From positions 64,001-128,000 of the forward strand of contig CAWCAG010000007.1 of assembly GCA_963793425.1 (NCBI GenBank): 64,000 nucleotides of DNA, given 5' to 3'. Numbering within the stretch: position 1 is the first letter of the stretch; every line of letters starts with the position of its first letter. Origin of the DNA: an uncultured cyanobacterium. Its GTDB lineage: Bacteria > Cyanobacteriota > Cyanobacteriia > Cyanobacteriales > CAWCAG01. The position numbers and the translations under genes are program-made. Below are positions 42,623 to 52,796 of this stretch, one piece after another. The notes beneath the pieces are model-generated. The model ran no database searches. It was not told where the DNA came from and saw nothing but the letters and a program-made list of their open reading frames with translations.

Positions 42623-43960
42623 TTAAGTTCTGTCTCTATCAGCCAAAGGATCAATTTGCATAATCTTGGCCTCATAGGGAATTACTCCTGAATGCTCACC
42701 ACCCAAACAGCGAGCTGCCCCCAGAGATAAATCTAAAGTGCGAGGAGGAATATAAGGACCTCGGTCATTAATCCTCACAATCGCCGATTTTTTAGTATCT
42801 AGATTAGTGACTTTGAGGTAAGTATTGAAAGGCAAAGAAGGATGAGCAGCAGTCATAGCTAGCTGGTCATAGGTTTCTCCGTTAGCTGTTAAACGACCAT
42901 GGAAATAAGGGCCGTACCAAGAGGCTAATCCCTTAATTGCTTTAGAGCTACCCCCTAAATTGTACATTTGACTTTGCGCTTCTACCAAGTCTAGGGGAGA
43001 AGCCCCCAAAGCGATACGCAAATTGTTGACCCATTTGATTGCTAATAAATCAGGGTTTGGAGCATGATGCTCTGCTACTACCTTCTCATCAACAGTAAAT
43101 AAGACCTGTTCGTTTAGCTTAGCCCCTGGTTGGTTCTTGACTAAGGCAGGTTGAATACTATTAGGGTTGAAGTCTGGTTTGGCCAAAGCCTCATAGATTT
43201 GCTGTCTTAAAGAGTTAGCCATGGTGGAATCGCTTATCTCAGCAACAACCTGACCTTTAATAGAAACAGCATACTTTGCTCCAGATTGTTTTTTGGCCGC
43301 TTGTTGAGAAAGTCGTGGCAAAGAGAGCCAAAATTTCTTATTGTCCTGGTTTTTATTTTGACGGACCCATTCTTCTGCTTTGAGTTTGCTTGCAGTTACT
43401 TTCTTGACAGTAATAAGATCAGAACTTTTCAAGTTTAAGTTTTTGTTTGAGGAATCTCCTGATGAATTAAAAAGATTGCGTACCATTTTTCTCAGTTTTT
43501 GAGGGATGCCAAGTTGAGCAACTCTCTCTTTTGAGTTATTAGGTACTGATACTGATTCTTCCTTAAGAGATACAGATTTTGCTTTCCCATAAGAATAATC
43601 ATACTGAGGGACAGAAGCAGCTACAGGAGAAATATTGTGATTTTCTGCAATTAAAGTACAGAAACCTATTCCCTTGGAGCTGTTGGTGACAGCAGAATCA
43701 GAGGAAGTTGAGGCAACATTGAGGTTACTTACTAAAGTCGAGTGAGAGTCTACTTTAGACAATAAATAGTTGCTGTTAGCTGGTGCAGAAGGGACTGCGG
43801 CTAGGGCAAGAGTTTGCTTTTCCCAAGAGTCATTGAGCGCTGATAAGGCGTTCCCTGATAAATTGCCAGTAAAGTTATCTGGCAATTTTAGTAGGCCATG
43901 ACTAGAGGCGAGGAAAAAGCTCACCCAAGAAGTTACCCAAGCAAGTCTGAAAATAGGCAT
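42623..43960 (-). CDS. rlpA: Septal ring lytic transglycosylase RlpA family protein
   Basis: C-terminal DPBB domain: GLASWYGPYFHGRLTANGE, TAAHPSLPF and VRINDRGPY. Confidence 0.88.
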   Translation of the reverse strand: MPIFRLAWVTSWVSFFLASSHGLLKLPDNFTGNLSGNALSALNDSWEKQTLALAAVPSAPANSNYLLSKVDSHSTLVSNLNVASTSSDSAVTNSSKGIGFCTLIAENHNISPVAASVPQYDYSYGKAKSVSLKEESVSVPNNSKERVAQLGIPQKLRKMVRNLFNSSGDSSNKNLNLKSSDLITVKKVTASKLKAEEWVRQNKNQDNKKFWLSLPRLSQQAAKKQSGAKYAVSIKGQVVAEISDSTMANSLRQQIYEALAKPDFNPNSIQPALVKNQPGAKLNEQVLFTVDEKVVAEHHAPNPDLLAIKWVNNLRIALGASPLDLVEAQSQMYNLGGSSKAIKGLASWYGPYFHGRLTANGETYDQLAMTAAHPSLPFNTYLKVTNLDTKKSAIVRINDRGPYIPPRTLDLSLGAARCLGGEHSGVIPYEAKIMQIDPLADRDRT

Positions 43961-45099
43961 GAGAAGTAAAATCTTTAGATGAGATACACTCTGGACTGCA
44001 AACAGTATTTTAGTATACAGAAGCTATATGTCAATAGATCAGTCTTAGGGCTGATCCCCAGTATTTCTTGAAAATAAAACTGAGAGTTGTTTAAAAGCGG
44101 GGATCAATTTTGATTATTCCTCCAAAAATAAAAATAATCTTACTGGTCTAATAGATAGCTATACTCTAGGTTTCCTGTTTTTTATGATTTATAACTCGAC
44201 ATTCGTTAAATCAATAGAACACTGGTGTTTATATTTGTTTTATAAATACTGTGGGGTAATTAATAATTTGTGTGGAATTATATGAGATACCAAAATGGTT
44301 GGCAACTTTGATGATTTGATTTCATGAATAGTTATTGGTTTGGCTAGCTACATTAATAAAGACGAAGTGAGTTTGCCGAAAAAGCCTGATAAATGGGAGC
44401 TTACTTCTTGTTTTGCTATCCTGAATTATGTATGTTCCTGGCTGCTTTAAATGTATGGATTTTTGCTAGCTTTGGATAAAAGCCAAACTTGACAAGGCAA
44501 ATGTTTATCGGAAAGAATCAATTATATAAATCTGGTCAATAATTTTGATCGGGAAGTCATTTTTAGGCAAGTTAGAATCATTATGTTATCTGAATTTAAT
44601 GTAAGAAAAGACAAGGTTTTCTTAAATAGCTAGAGATAATAATATTCCTGATTTTACCTTCGCTATTTTAAGATAATTCCTGGTCAATAAGCTTTGTGCT
44701 TAAAGTATATGGTTAGGTTTTTAAGTTGATTAAAATTTGATTTACTAGAGCTATTTTTCGCCTCAATAAAATTGCTTTGCTTATCTTTATTGCTTAATTA
44801 ATTAGAAAAGCTATTATGCCGAGATTCATCAAGATTGTAGAGAAAAGAGGAAGCTAAAGAGGTACTGATAGGTCTAAACCCCTTTATCTTAGCTAGTGGG
44901 GGTAACGTTAGTTGCCTTAGCTAAGAAGACTTTACTCAGAATTATTTGCCTAACTTAAGTAAAGTAGGGAGAGAAGAGAGATTATCTCTTCATTAACTTA
45001 GTAACAGAAGATTGATACCTAATTAATTTCCCCCTTAAATATTAAAGATAAGATTAACTTTTATGTATTTTCCCTGGATATGGAAAAACAACTATTTTC

Positions 45100-45308
45100 C
45101 TCAGTAATAAATTACCAAGAGGTAGTGACGGATGCGAAGTTACTCAACTCCAACATTCCCTGAGAGCTTGGTTTTTCACAACGGCCCCGTAACTGGTTAC
45201 TTTGGCTCCTTAACAGAGAAATCTGTAGTACAGTTTCAGCAAGCTATGGGTTTAGTTGTTGATGGAGTTGTTGGACTCCAAACTAGAAGAGCTTTGGCTA
45301 CCGAGTAG
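45100..45308 (+). pseudogene. Peptidoglycan-binding (PG_binding_1) domain remnant, frameshifted, absent from the ORF track
   Basis: One frame gives LPRGSDGCEVTQLQHSL. After a shift near 45165-45176 it continues HNGPVTGYFGSLTEKSVVQFQQAMGLVVDGVVGLQTRRAL. No in-frame start. Confidence 0.7.
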
Positions 45309-45360
45309 CTGTCGTGGCAGTAAAATAAGCATTTAAACTGCTCGACACCATAGCCAGATC

Positions 45361-46752
45361 ATGTCTACTTCCCCTGCTACCCTCGCTCAAACTCTCCATA
45401 GAAGGCGGAAAAAACTAGCAAAATTAATTGACAGACCAGTTATTTTGTGGTCAGGACAAGCCTCTTCCCGTAACTTCCCTAGTAATCGTTTTCCTTTTCG
45501 TGCTAGCAGTCATTTTCTCTATTTTGCTGGTTTACCTATAGAAAATGCAGCTATTCGCCTAGAAAACGGCAAGTTGAGTTTATTTAAAGATGATGCTTCT
45601 CCTGACACTATTCTGTGGCACGGAGAAATGCCGACAAGAGAAGAAATTGCTCAAGTAATCGGGGCAGACATGGCTTATCCTTTAGCTGAGTTAGTCTCTC
45701 AAGCCGAAGGGGCAGCTACTATCGCAGTACAGGATAGGAAGACTTATCAAGAGCAAATTGACACCCTCAATCGGACGGTAAATGGGTTTCCCCAAGGAAT
45801 TGATTTACAGTTAGCTAAAGCAATTATTAAATTACGCCTCATTTGTGATGCCGATGCCTTAGCTGAGTTACGTCAAGCGGCCTTTGTTTCAGTACAGGCC
45901 CATAAAATTGGTATGGCAACGACCCTTAATGTGAGGACAGAGGCTGAAGTGCGGGGGGCAATGGAGGGGGTGATTATGGCGAATAATATGACCTGTGCTT
46001 ACTCTAGCATCGTCACCGTACAGGGAGAAATACTACACAACGAAGATTATGGTTATCCTCTTCAATCAGGAGGCTTATTATTAGCTGATGTGGGGGCTGA
46101 AACAGAAATGGGTTGGGCTTGCGATCTTACCCGAACTTGGCCGGTTAGGGGAACGTTTTCTTCTACCCAAAGAGCGATTTACGATCTTGTTTTAGCGGCC
46201 CATGATGCTTGTCTTGAGAAAGTGAGTCCTAATGTGGAATATCGGGATATACATCTTTTAGCAGCTTCTATTATTACGGCAGGATTAGTCGATTTAGGGA
46301 TTTTGCGAGGTAAGGTTGAAGATTTAGTTGCTATGGATGCCCATGCTTTGTTTTTTCCCCACGGTATTGGTCATTTGTTGGGTTTAGATGTCCACGATAT
46401 GGAAGATTTAGGAGATTTAGCTGGCTATGAGACAGGTAGGAAAAGAAGCGATCGCTTTGGCTTATCTTATTTACGTCTTCACCGTCCTTTGAAACCAGGT
46501 ATGGTGATCACGATTGAACCAGGGTTTTATCAAGTTCCGGCTATTCTCAATAACCCGAAACACCGTGCCAGATATCATAGTGTCGTTGATTGGGAACGTT
46601 TGGCTCAATTTGCTGATGTGCGGGGTATTCGTATTGAAGATGATGTTTTGGTAACTCAGGAAGGAAGAGAAGTTTTAACCGTTGAGTTGCCAACCCAAGC
46701 TGAAGCTATTGAACAAATAGTGCGAGGAAGGCTAAGACAATTTGCTGAGTAA
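45361..46752 (+). CDS. pepP: Xaa-Pro aminopeptidase
   Basis: LADVGAE, DLTRTWP, HGIGHLLGLDVHD, TIEPGFY and GIRIEDD. Confidence 0.92.
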   Translation: MSTSPATLAQTLHRRRKKLAKLIDRPVILWSGQASSRNFPSNRFPFRASSHFLYFAGLPIENAAIRLENGKLSLFKDDASPDTILWHGEMPTREEIAQVIGADMAYPLAELVSQAEGAATIAVQDRKTYQEQIDTLNRTVNGFPQGIDLQLAKAIIKLRLICDADALAELRQAAFVSVQAHKIGMATTLNVRTEAEVRGAMEGVIMANNMTCAYSSIVTVQGEILHNEDYGYPLQSGGLLLADVGAETEMGWACDLTRTWPVRGTFSSTQRAIYDLVLAAHDACLEKVSPNVEYRDIHLLAASIITAGLVDLGILRGKVEDLVAMDAHALFFPHGIGHLLGLDVHDMEDLGDLAGYETGRKRSDRFGLSYLRLHRPLKPGMVITIEPGFYQVPAILNNPKHRARYHSVVDWERLAQFADVRGIRIEDDVLVTQEGREVLTVELPTQAEAIEQIVRGRLRQFAE

Positions 46753-46924
46753 TCTCTTCAAAATTTAAGTGCTTACTTGAGGCAGTTTTCCCTTAAAATA
46801 GTTATCCTAGCTCATTGACAGAATATTTTATGCCTCTATGGGACTAACACTTTAAGCCAGTTTTACACTATATTTAGAGTACTGAACTAGCTTACTACGC
46901 TATATATAGTGTTAACCTGAATCC

Positions 46925-47329
46925 ATGAGCGCTCTTCCTCTTCCCCAATTTGAAATTCATACAGCTTCTCAACTAGTAGACTATTTACAGTCTGCTGTAA
47001 GTTGGCGCGAAGTGGAAAACCTCACTTTGAACTATCCTGACTGGAAGGCTGAAGCTTGGGAGATGCTCTTAGAAGAAGATAGAGAGCGCATTAAAGCTTT
47101 GAAGAAATGGGCCAACCATCCCCTAGCTCAAAAATTTCCTCCTCATTCGATAGTACAACGCCTAGATGATAAAGAAGGACAAACTGGTAAAGTGGTTAAC
47201 TATTGGAGTGCCTACGGTATAGACTACATAACTTTTTCCGTTGACCAGGATATTGATTGGTGTAGGGCTAGTAAATTAAAGAGAGTGAGAGTTGAGAAGA
47301 AGACACTCTCGGCAAATATTTCTAATTGA
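46925..47329 (+). CDS. Hypothetical protein
   Basis: ATG-initiated 134 aa ORF with no overlap with recognised genes. The C-terminal half looks beta-rich (GKVVNYW...ITFSVD). Confidence 0.6.
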   Translation: MSALPLPQFEIHTASQLVDYLQSAVSWREVENLTLNYPDWKAEAWEMLLEEDRERIKALKKWANHPLAQKFPPHSIVQRLDDKEGQTGKVVNYWSAYGIDYITFSVDQDIDWCRASKLKRVRVEKKTLSANISN

Positions 47330-47434
47330 GATGCTTGAACAGATTTTACTGCCGTAGCTGTACAAGTCTGAAACTGCTTCGGTATCTGTATCAAAACTGT
47401 GTCTTGCTGGATGAAAGGAAATAGCTCTAGCATA

Positions 47435-47917
47435 TTAACAATGATGAATTGACCATTGCTCAGGATTAGACTTATCTATCACTTCGACGTGAGAGTAGGT
47501 TTCTATCCATAACACTGCTCCGCAATCTCTCGGCCTTCCGGCACAATAATCAATGCGGCAACGACCATGGATCTCTAATTCATGACCACGAATGGTACGA
47601 TTGCTACTCCCTTTGACACTAACCACCGTCTTTAAAGGAGTATTAGGCCCCTTTTCTTTGATCCTTGTCTCGTTGTCTTTAATATGGTTTTTGTTGACAT
47701 AAATAATCTTTTTCTTTCCAGCGCCCAGCTTGCTCCAGCGAGGTAAGGGGCCCTTATGAGCGCGAGAAATCTTTGGTTTGCCACGATACAAAGGTATGAC
47801 CCAACTTCTTTGCTTTTTATAAGCGCCTTTGATTCTTTTTTGGTGGAGCAAATAAAGAACTCTTCTTTGGCCAACTCCTAATATCTGGGCAGCAATAGAA
47901 GTGTTGATATATTCCAT
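47435..47917 (-). CDS. Excisionase-like HTH DNA-binding protein with conserved C-terminal domain
   Basis: INTSIAAQILGVGQRRVLYLL...RIKGAYK...WVIPL, then IYVN...GHELEIHG...CGAVLWIET. Confidence 0.7.
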   Translation of the reverse strand: MEYINTSIAAQILGVGQRRVLYLLHQKRIKGAYKKQRSWVIPLYRGKPKISRAHKGPLPRWSKLGAGKKKIIYVNKNHIKDNETRIKEKGPNTPLKTVVSVKGSSNRTIRGHELEIHGRCRIDYCAGRPRDCGAVLWIETYSHVEVIDKSNPEQWSIHHC

Positions 47918-48022
47918 GATCAATCTCCTTTAACACTAATCCGAATAGTAATCTACACCAAAAAGTGACTTGAAAACAGTCTTTCACTGAACAATAGCAA
48001 TATTTCTGAAAAGCTAAATTAT

Positions 48023-48979
48023 TTAGTCTTCAACATACAAAGATTTGATCCATTCCCACTCCCTTGCTAATCCTTCTGATAAAGAAACTTGAGGATTATA
48101 ACCTAATAACTTCTTGGCCTTAGAAACATCAGCACTGGTATGACGAGCATCTCCCATCGCTTTAGCAATATGATTCCTTTCGATGGGCTTGCCGACAATC
48201 TGTTCCATCGTATTGAGAACATCTGCTAAGACAACACGACTACCTCCCCCAACATTAAACACTTCTCCTACTGCTTCTGGCGCTTCTGCTGCTGCTAAAT
48301 TGGCGGCGATCGCATCACTAATAAAAGTAAAATCTCTTGTTTGCTGTCCGTCACCATAAATAGGTATAGCTTCATCAGCTAAAACAGCTTTTAAAAATTT
48401 ATGGAAAGCCATATCTGGGCGTTGACGAGGCCCATATACAGTAAAGTAGCGCAGGGCAGTAACAGGAACTTGAAAATTTTGGTGATAAAGCCAGCATAAA
48501 CGTTCTGCTGCTAACTTAGTAATACCATAGGGAGAAACAGGTTGAGGGCAAATGGTTTCTGGGGTAGGCATAGTTTCTGCGTTGCCATACACCGAAGAAG
48601 TAGAAGCATAAACAAATCGCTTCAATGAAGGAGCATCTTTGGCTGCTTCTAACATTATTTGCGTCGCATTGATATTACGTTCTGTATAATGGCGAAAACC
48701 ATCACCCCAACTCGCACGAACCCCTGCTTGGGCCGCTTGATGATAAACTACTTCCACATTTACCAAAAGCTTTGACCAATCCAAGATTTGAATATCGGCT
48801 TCGATTAGTTCAAAATCAGAGTTATTGAGTAAATTGGCTACATTCTTGCGCTTCAGTTTAGTATCGTAATAATCGTTAAATTGATCGATACCAATAACTC
48901 TATCTCCCTTTCGCAGAAGTGTTTCTGCTAGGTGAGAAGCAATAAAACCAGCAACGCCTGTAACGATATGAGTAGCCAT
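48023..48979 (-). CDS. NAD-dependent nucleotide-sugar epimerase/dehydratase
   Basis: VTGVAGFIA, HQAAQAGVR, SPYGITK (YxxxK) and YFTVYGPRQRPDM. Confidence 0.92.
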   Translation of the reverse strand: MATHIVTGVAGFIASHLAETLLRKGDRVIGIDQFNDYYDTKLKRKNVANLLNNSDFELIEADIQILDWSKLLVNVEVVYHQAAQAGVRASWGDGFRHYTERNINATQIMLEAAKDAPSLKRFVYASTSSVYGNAETMPTPETICPQPVSPYGITKLAAERLCWLYHQNFQVPVTALRYFTVYGPRQRPDMAFHKFLKAVLADEAIPIYGDGQQTRDFTFISDAIAANLAAAEAPEAVGEVFNVGGGSRVVLADVLNTMEQIVGKPIERNHIAKAMGDARHTSADVSKAKKLLGYNPQVSLSEGLAREWEWIKSLYVED

Positions 48980-49231
48980 AAACAGTTATTCAGTAAAAAA
49001 CCTTTTGGATTGACAAAATAAACTAATTCTGCACCATCATGGCATAATTTTTTAGTGATCATTAAGTCGGCTGAGACAATTAAATCCCTTAACTAGGGCT
49101 GCAACTAAAATTTCTCAATTAATCTATCCCACTTCTTAAAAGAACTATATCGATAATCCCCACCTCTGGTTGAGATCCTATAAAGTGTGAAATAGACAAA
49201 ATGACCGTATAATCTCAATCAATACACTTGT

Positions 49232-51138
49232 ATGCACATAAGTGAAATAACCCATCCTAACCAATTGCACGGTCTGTCGGTGCGTCAGTTAGAAAATATT
49301 GCCCGTCAGATAAGAGAAAAACATTTAGAAACAGTTGCTGCTAGCGGCGGCCACTGGGGCCAGGTTTAGGAGTAGTGGAGTTAACCATTGCCCTTTATCA
49401 AACCCTTGATCTTGATAAAGACAAAGTAATTTGGGATGTTGGCCACCAAGCCTACCCCCATAAAATGTTAACGGGGAGATATCACGACTTCCATACCCTG
49501 CGCCAAAAAGATGGTGTAGCGGGCTATTGTAAGCGCAGTGAAAGCAAGTTTGACCACTTTGGGGCTGGTCATGCTTCTACTAGTATTTCTGCTGCTTTAG
49601 GTATGGCTATGGCTAGGGATGCTAAAGGAGAAGATTTTAAAGCAGTAGCCGTTATTGGCGATGGCGCTTTAACCGGAGGCATGGCCTTAGAGGCGATTAA
49701 TCATGCTGGACATTTACCTAACACAAGGTTAATGGTGGTTTTGAATGATAATGAGATGTCCATTTCTCCTAATGTGGGAGCAATTTCTCGCTATCTTAAT
49801 AAAGTCCGTCTTTCTCCCCCTGTTCAATTCCTTTCTGGTAATTTAGAAGAACAATTTAAGCAAATACCGTTTGTGGGTGAGTCTCTTTCCCCAGATATGG
49901 AAAGAGTTAAAGAAGGAATGAAGCGTCTTGCTGTACCGAAAGTGGGTGCTGTGATTGAAGAATTAGGCTTTAAATACTTCGGTCCCATTGATGGCCATAA
50001 CCTCGAAGAGTTAATTACTACCTTTAAGCGAGCCCATGAAGTTAAGGGGCCAGTATTAGTTCATGTTGCTACTGTTAAAGGTAAAGGTTATGAAATTGCC
50101 GAAAAAGACCAAGTGGGTTACCATGCCCAAAAACCTTTTAACTTAGCTACAGGTAAAGCCAATCCTTCTAACAAGCCTACCCCCCCTGGCTATTCCAAAG
50201 TTTTTGCCCACACTTTAACCAAGCTGGCAGAAAATAACAGTAAAATTATTGGTATTACTGCGGCTATGGCTACGGGGACAGGGTTAGATAAACTACAGAA
50301 AAATCTGCCCAAGCAATACATTGATGTCGGTATCGCCGAACAACACGCCATTACCCTTGCTGCGGGTTTAGCTTGCGAAGGGATGCGTCCTGTGGCTACT
50401 ATTTACTCTACCTTCTTGCAAAGAGCTTACGATCAAGTTATTCACGACGTTTGTATCCAAAAACTACCTGTGTTTTTCTGTTTAGATCGTGCTGGTATTG
50501 TTGGTGCTGACGGCCCTACCCACCAAGGAATGTACGATATTGCTTATATGCGCTGCTTGCCTAATATGGTGGTGATGGCCCCTAAAGATGAAGCAGAATT
50601 GCAGAGGATGGTGGTGACAGGAATCAACCATACCAAAGGACCCATAACCATGCGTTATCCTCGTGGTAACGGTATTGGGGTTCCTTTAATGGAAGATGGA
50701 TGGGAACCTATAGAAATTGGTAAAGGAGAAATTCTGCGCCACGGCGACGATATCTTATTATTAGGTTATGGTGCTATGGTTCACCCCACCCTTCAAGTAG
50801 CAGAAATTCTTAATGAACACGGTGTTCAAGCTACGGTAATTAATGCTCGCTTTACTAAACCTTTGGATACTGAATTAATTTTGCCCTTGGCAAAACGAAT
50901 TGGTAAAGTAATTACCTTAGAAGAAGGTTGTTTAATGGGAGGTTTTGGTTCGGCGGTAGGAGAAGCTTTATTAGACCATGATCTACAAGTTTCCCTGAAG
51001 CGTTTTGGTGTTCCTGACCTTTTAGTAGACCATGCTACAGCTAATCAATCCAAAGCAGATTTGGGTTTGACACCGCAGCAAATTGCTGAAAAAACCTTGA
51101 AAACTTTCTTTAGTAAGCAGCCTTCTACTGTTAGCTGA
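49232..51138 (+). CDS. dxs: 1-deoxy-D-xylulose-5-phosphate synthase; -1 frameshift near 49354-49356 (probable sequence error)
   Basis: ATG at 49232 gives [16 protein letters not shown]...SGGH; one extra base gives [11 protein letters not shown]. Also [20 protein letters not shown] and [13 protein letters not shown]. Confidence 0.95.
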
Positions 51139-51149
51139 AGCAACTAAAA

Positions 51150-51186
51150 TAGTTGTAGAGATGTTGCCGTAGTGTCTCTACAACTA
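51150..51186. repeat. GTAG-type REP-like palindrome
   Basis: TAGTTGTAGAGA...TCTCTACAACTA, a 12-bp inverted repeat just after dxs. Confidence 0.65.
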
Positions 51187-51253
51187 GGAAAAATTCAATT
51201 AATGGAATAGCAATTATTGATAGGATCAATAAAGAGGAGAACAGGAGAATATA

Positions 51254-51463
51254 ATGGAAGCCATAAAAGTAAATTGTGCGGAAGACTGCATTGACGGTTG
51301 TGTTTTAGGAGACAAATGCCCCAACCTAGAATATGCTGATTCAGCATCCCAGTTTGTTAGTAATACTTCTTTAGATAAAATGCACGAAATTGCTGAAGAA
51401 GCAAGAAGAAAAAAGTTGATGGAACCAACACCAACTAAGTGGGTTATTCCTGACGAAATTTAG
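51254..51463 (+). CDS. Small Cys-rich conserved cyanobacterial protein
   Basis: AGGAG RBS and NCAEDCIDGCVLGDKCPN. Confidence 0.75.
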   Translation: MEAIKVNCAEDCIDGCVLGDKCPNLEYADSASQFVSNTSLDKMHEIAEEARRKKLMEPTPTKWVIPDEI

Positions 51464-51520
51464 TATGAAAAAAGGGATACAAGTATTTTGCATCCCCCAC
51501 CCATAATCAAATCAATGCTT

Positions 51521-52060
51521 TTAGAAGGCGTAACCAGCCCCCAATTGTATGCTTACAGCAGAAGCGGGGCTGTTTTGATAAGCATCAATACCTAACTTGG
51601 TGTCGCCGTAAATCATTAAATGAGAACCAATTTGGGTTTCTGCACCGACAGCGAGTACCGCAGCATCTTCGTTACCAAGAGGAGTTGGTTGCCCATCTTG
51701 CTCAACAAAAGAGTAACCTGCACCAAAATAAACATTAGTATTTTTCATGACAGGTACATCCACAGAAACCATCGGAATAATGGCTGAGGTTTCATCACTA
51801 GCTAAGACTGCGCCCCGTAAAGAGACGGGAGTATTAGGGACTGCGTAGCGTCCTTGTACTTGATAACCTAATGTTGCGGCATCCCCTGTTTGTCCGCCGT
51901 TGGTGATGCCAGCAGCCGCGCCGCCACCAATGTAGTTAGCATCGGTTCCTTTGTTATTAACTGTTTCAGCAAAAGCGGCTCCAGGAGTTAAGAAAAGAGG
52001 AGTAACGACTAAAGCAGATAATGCAGAAAGTGCGAGCTTAGATTTGATTGTACGTTCCAT
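51521..52060 (-). CDS. Small outer-membrane beta-barrel protein
   Basis: Signal peptide ending AFA, amphipathic beta-strands and terminal GAGYAF (aromatic last residue). Confidence 0.8.
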   Translation of the reverse strand: MERTIKSKLALSALSALVVTPLFLTPGAAFAETVNNKGTDANYIGGGAAAGITNGGQTGDAATLGYQVQGRYAVPNTPVSLRGAVLASDETSAIIPMVSVDVPVMKNTNVYFGAGYSFVEQDGQPTPLGNEDAAVLAVGAETQIGSHLMIYGDTKLGIDAYQNSPASAVSIQLGAGYAF

Positions 52061-52375
52061 AGTTAACCTTGCCAATTTATGAAGTGTATTTGTGTGGTGT
52101 TGTTTATTTAGTCGCTTGCGCTTAAGAAAAGGTTCCAGCTTTATATGAAATTCCCTAACTATTTTTTTAAAGTATTGCTATTACTTGGTTAAGCTGATAA
52201 TCTATACACAGTAGAGATGTTAAGACTTTGGTTTCTGAAATTCGCTGCAAAATAAAAAGATAAATACTGTTAGCCTAACATTAAATTATATTTTTAAGTC
52301 AAACAAGTAGACTCTTTATAAACTGGCACTACAAACCATATATATTAAGCTGGCTTACTAAGAAGAAATATCATC

Positions 52376-52443
52376 ATGTAGAGACAACCCGTTTCCGTTA
52401 TTTTAGTTACCTACAAACCAAACTAATGGGGTTGCCTCTACAT
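52376..52443. repeat. GTAG-type REP-like inverted repeat with 38-nt spacer
   Basis: ATGTAGAGACAACCC (52376-90) and GGGTTGCCTCTACAT (52429-43). Confidence 0.6.
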
Positions 52444-52796
52444 TGATCATTGAAAACAGCGCTTGCCTCTACAGATAATTTTGGCTTTCAAGGGTGCTTT
52501 TACGCAGATGAGATGCACCTAATTCCCTGTTTGCTGAGAAGCTCGCTGTGTATTGGTTACGATTTTGGTAACAATATGTTTTATCTAGTTTTGTTGATGT
52601 TAGCTTGAAAGGTGGCAGGGAAAAATCTCTTGCTTTTTTATAGCAATCATACAAAATCCTGGTGAGCGGCATGACTTATCTGTAAGGGTAGGGAGTAGGG
52701 AATAGGCAGCAGGCAGCAGGATTTGAGAGTTTTTCCAGTAGATTTTATCAAGGCACTTTGTGAGCCGGATTTAGTATCATTAATAATCGGTAGGTT

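Noticed and set aside
505..51138. desC, NmrA-family, radA and dxs as true pseudogenes or programmed frameshifts
   Set aside because: Each has only one single-base deletion and is otherwise intact. dxs and desC are normally essential, and no slippery heptamer is evident. Sequencing error is more parsimonious.
52469..52672. 67-aa minus-strand ORF
   Set aside because: It lies in a repeat-rich intergenic region and has no recognisable motif or convincing RBS.
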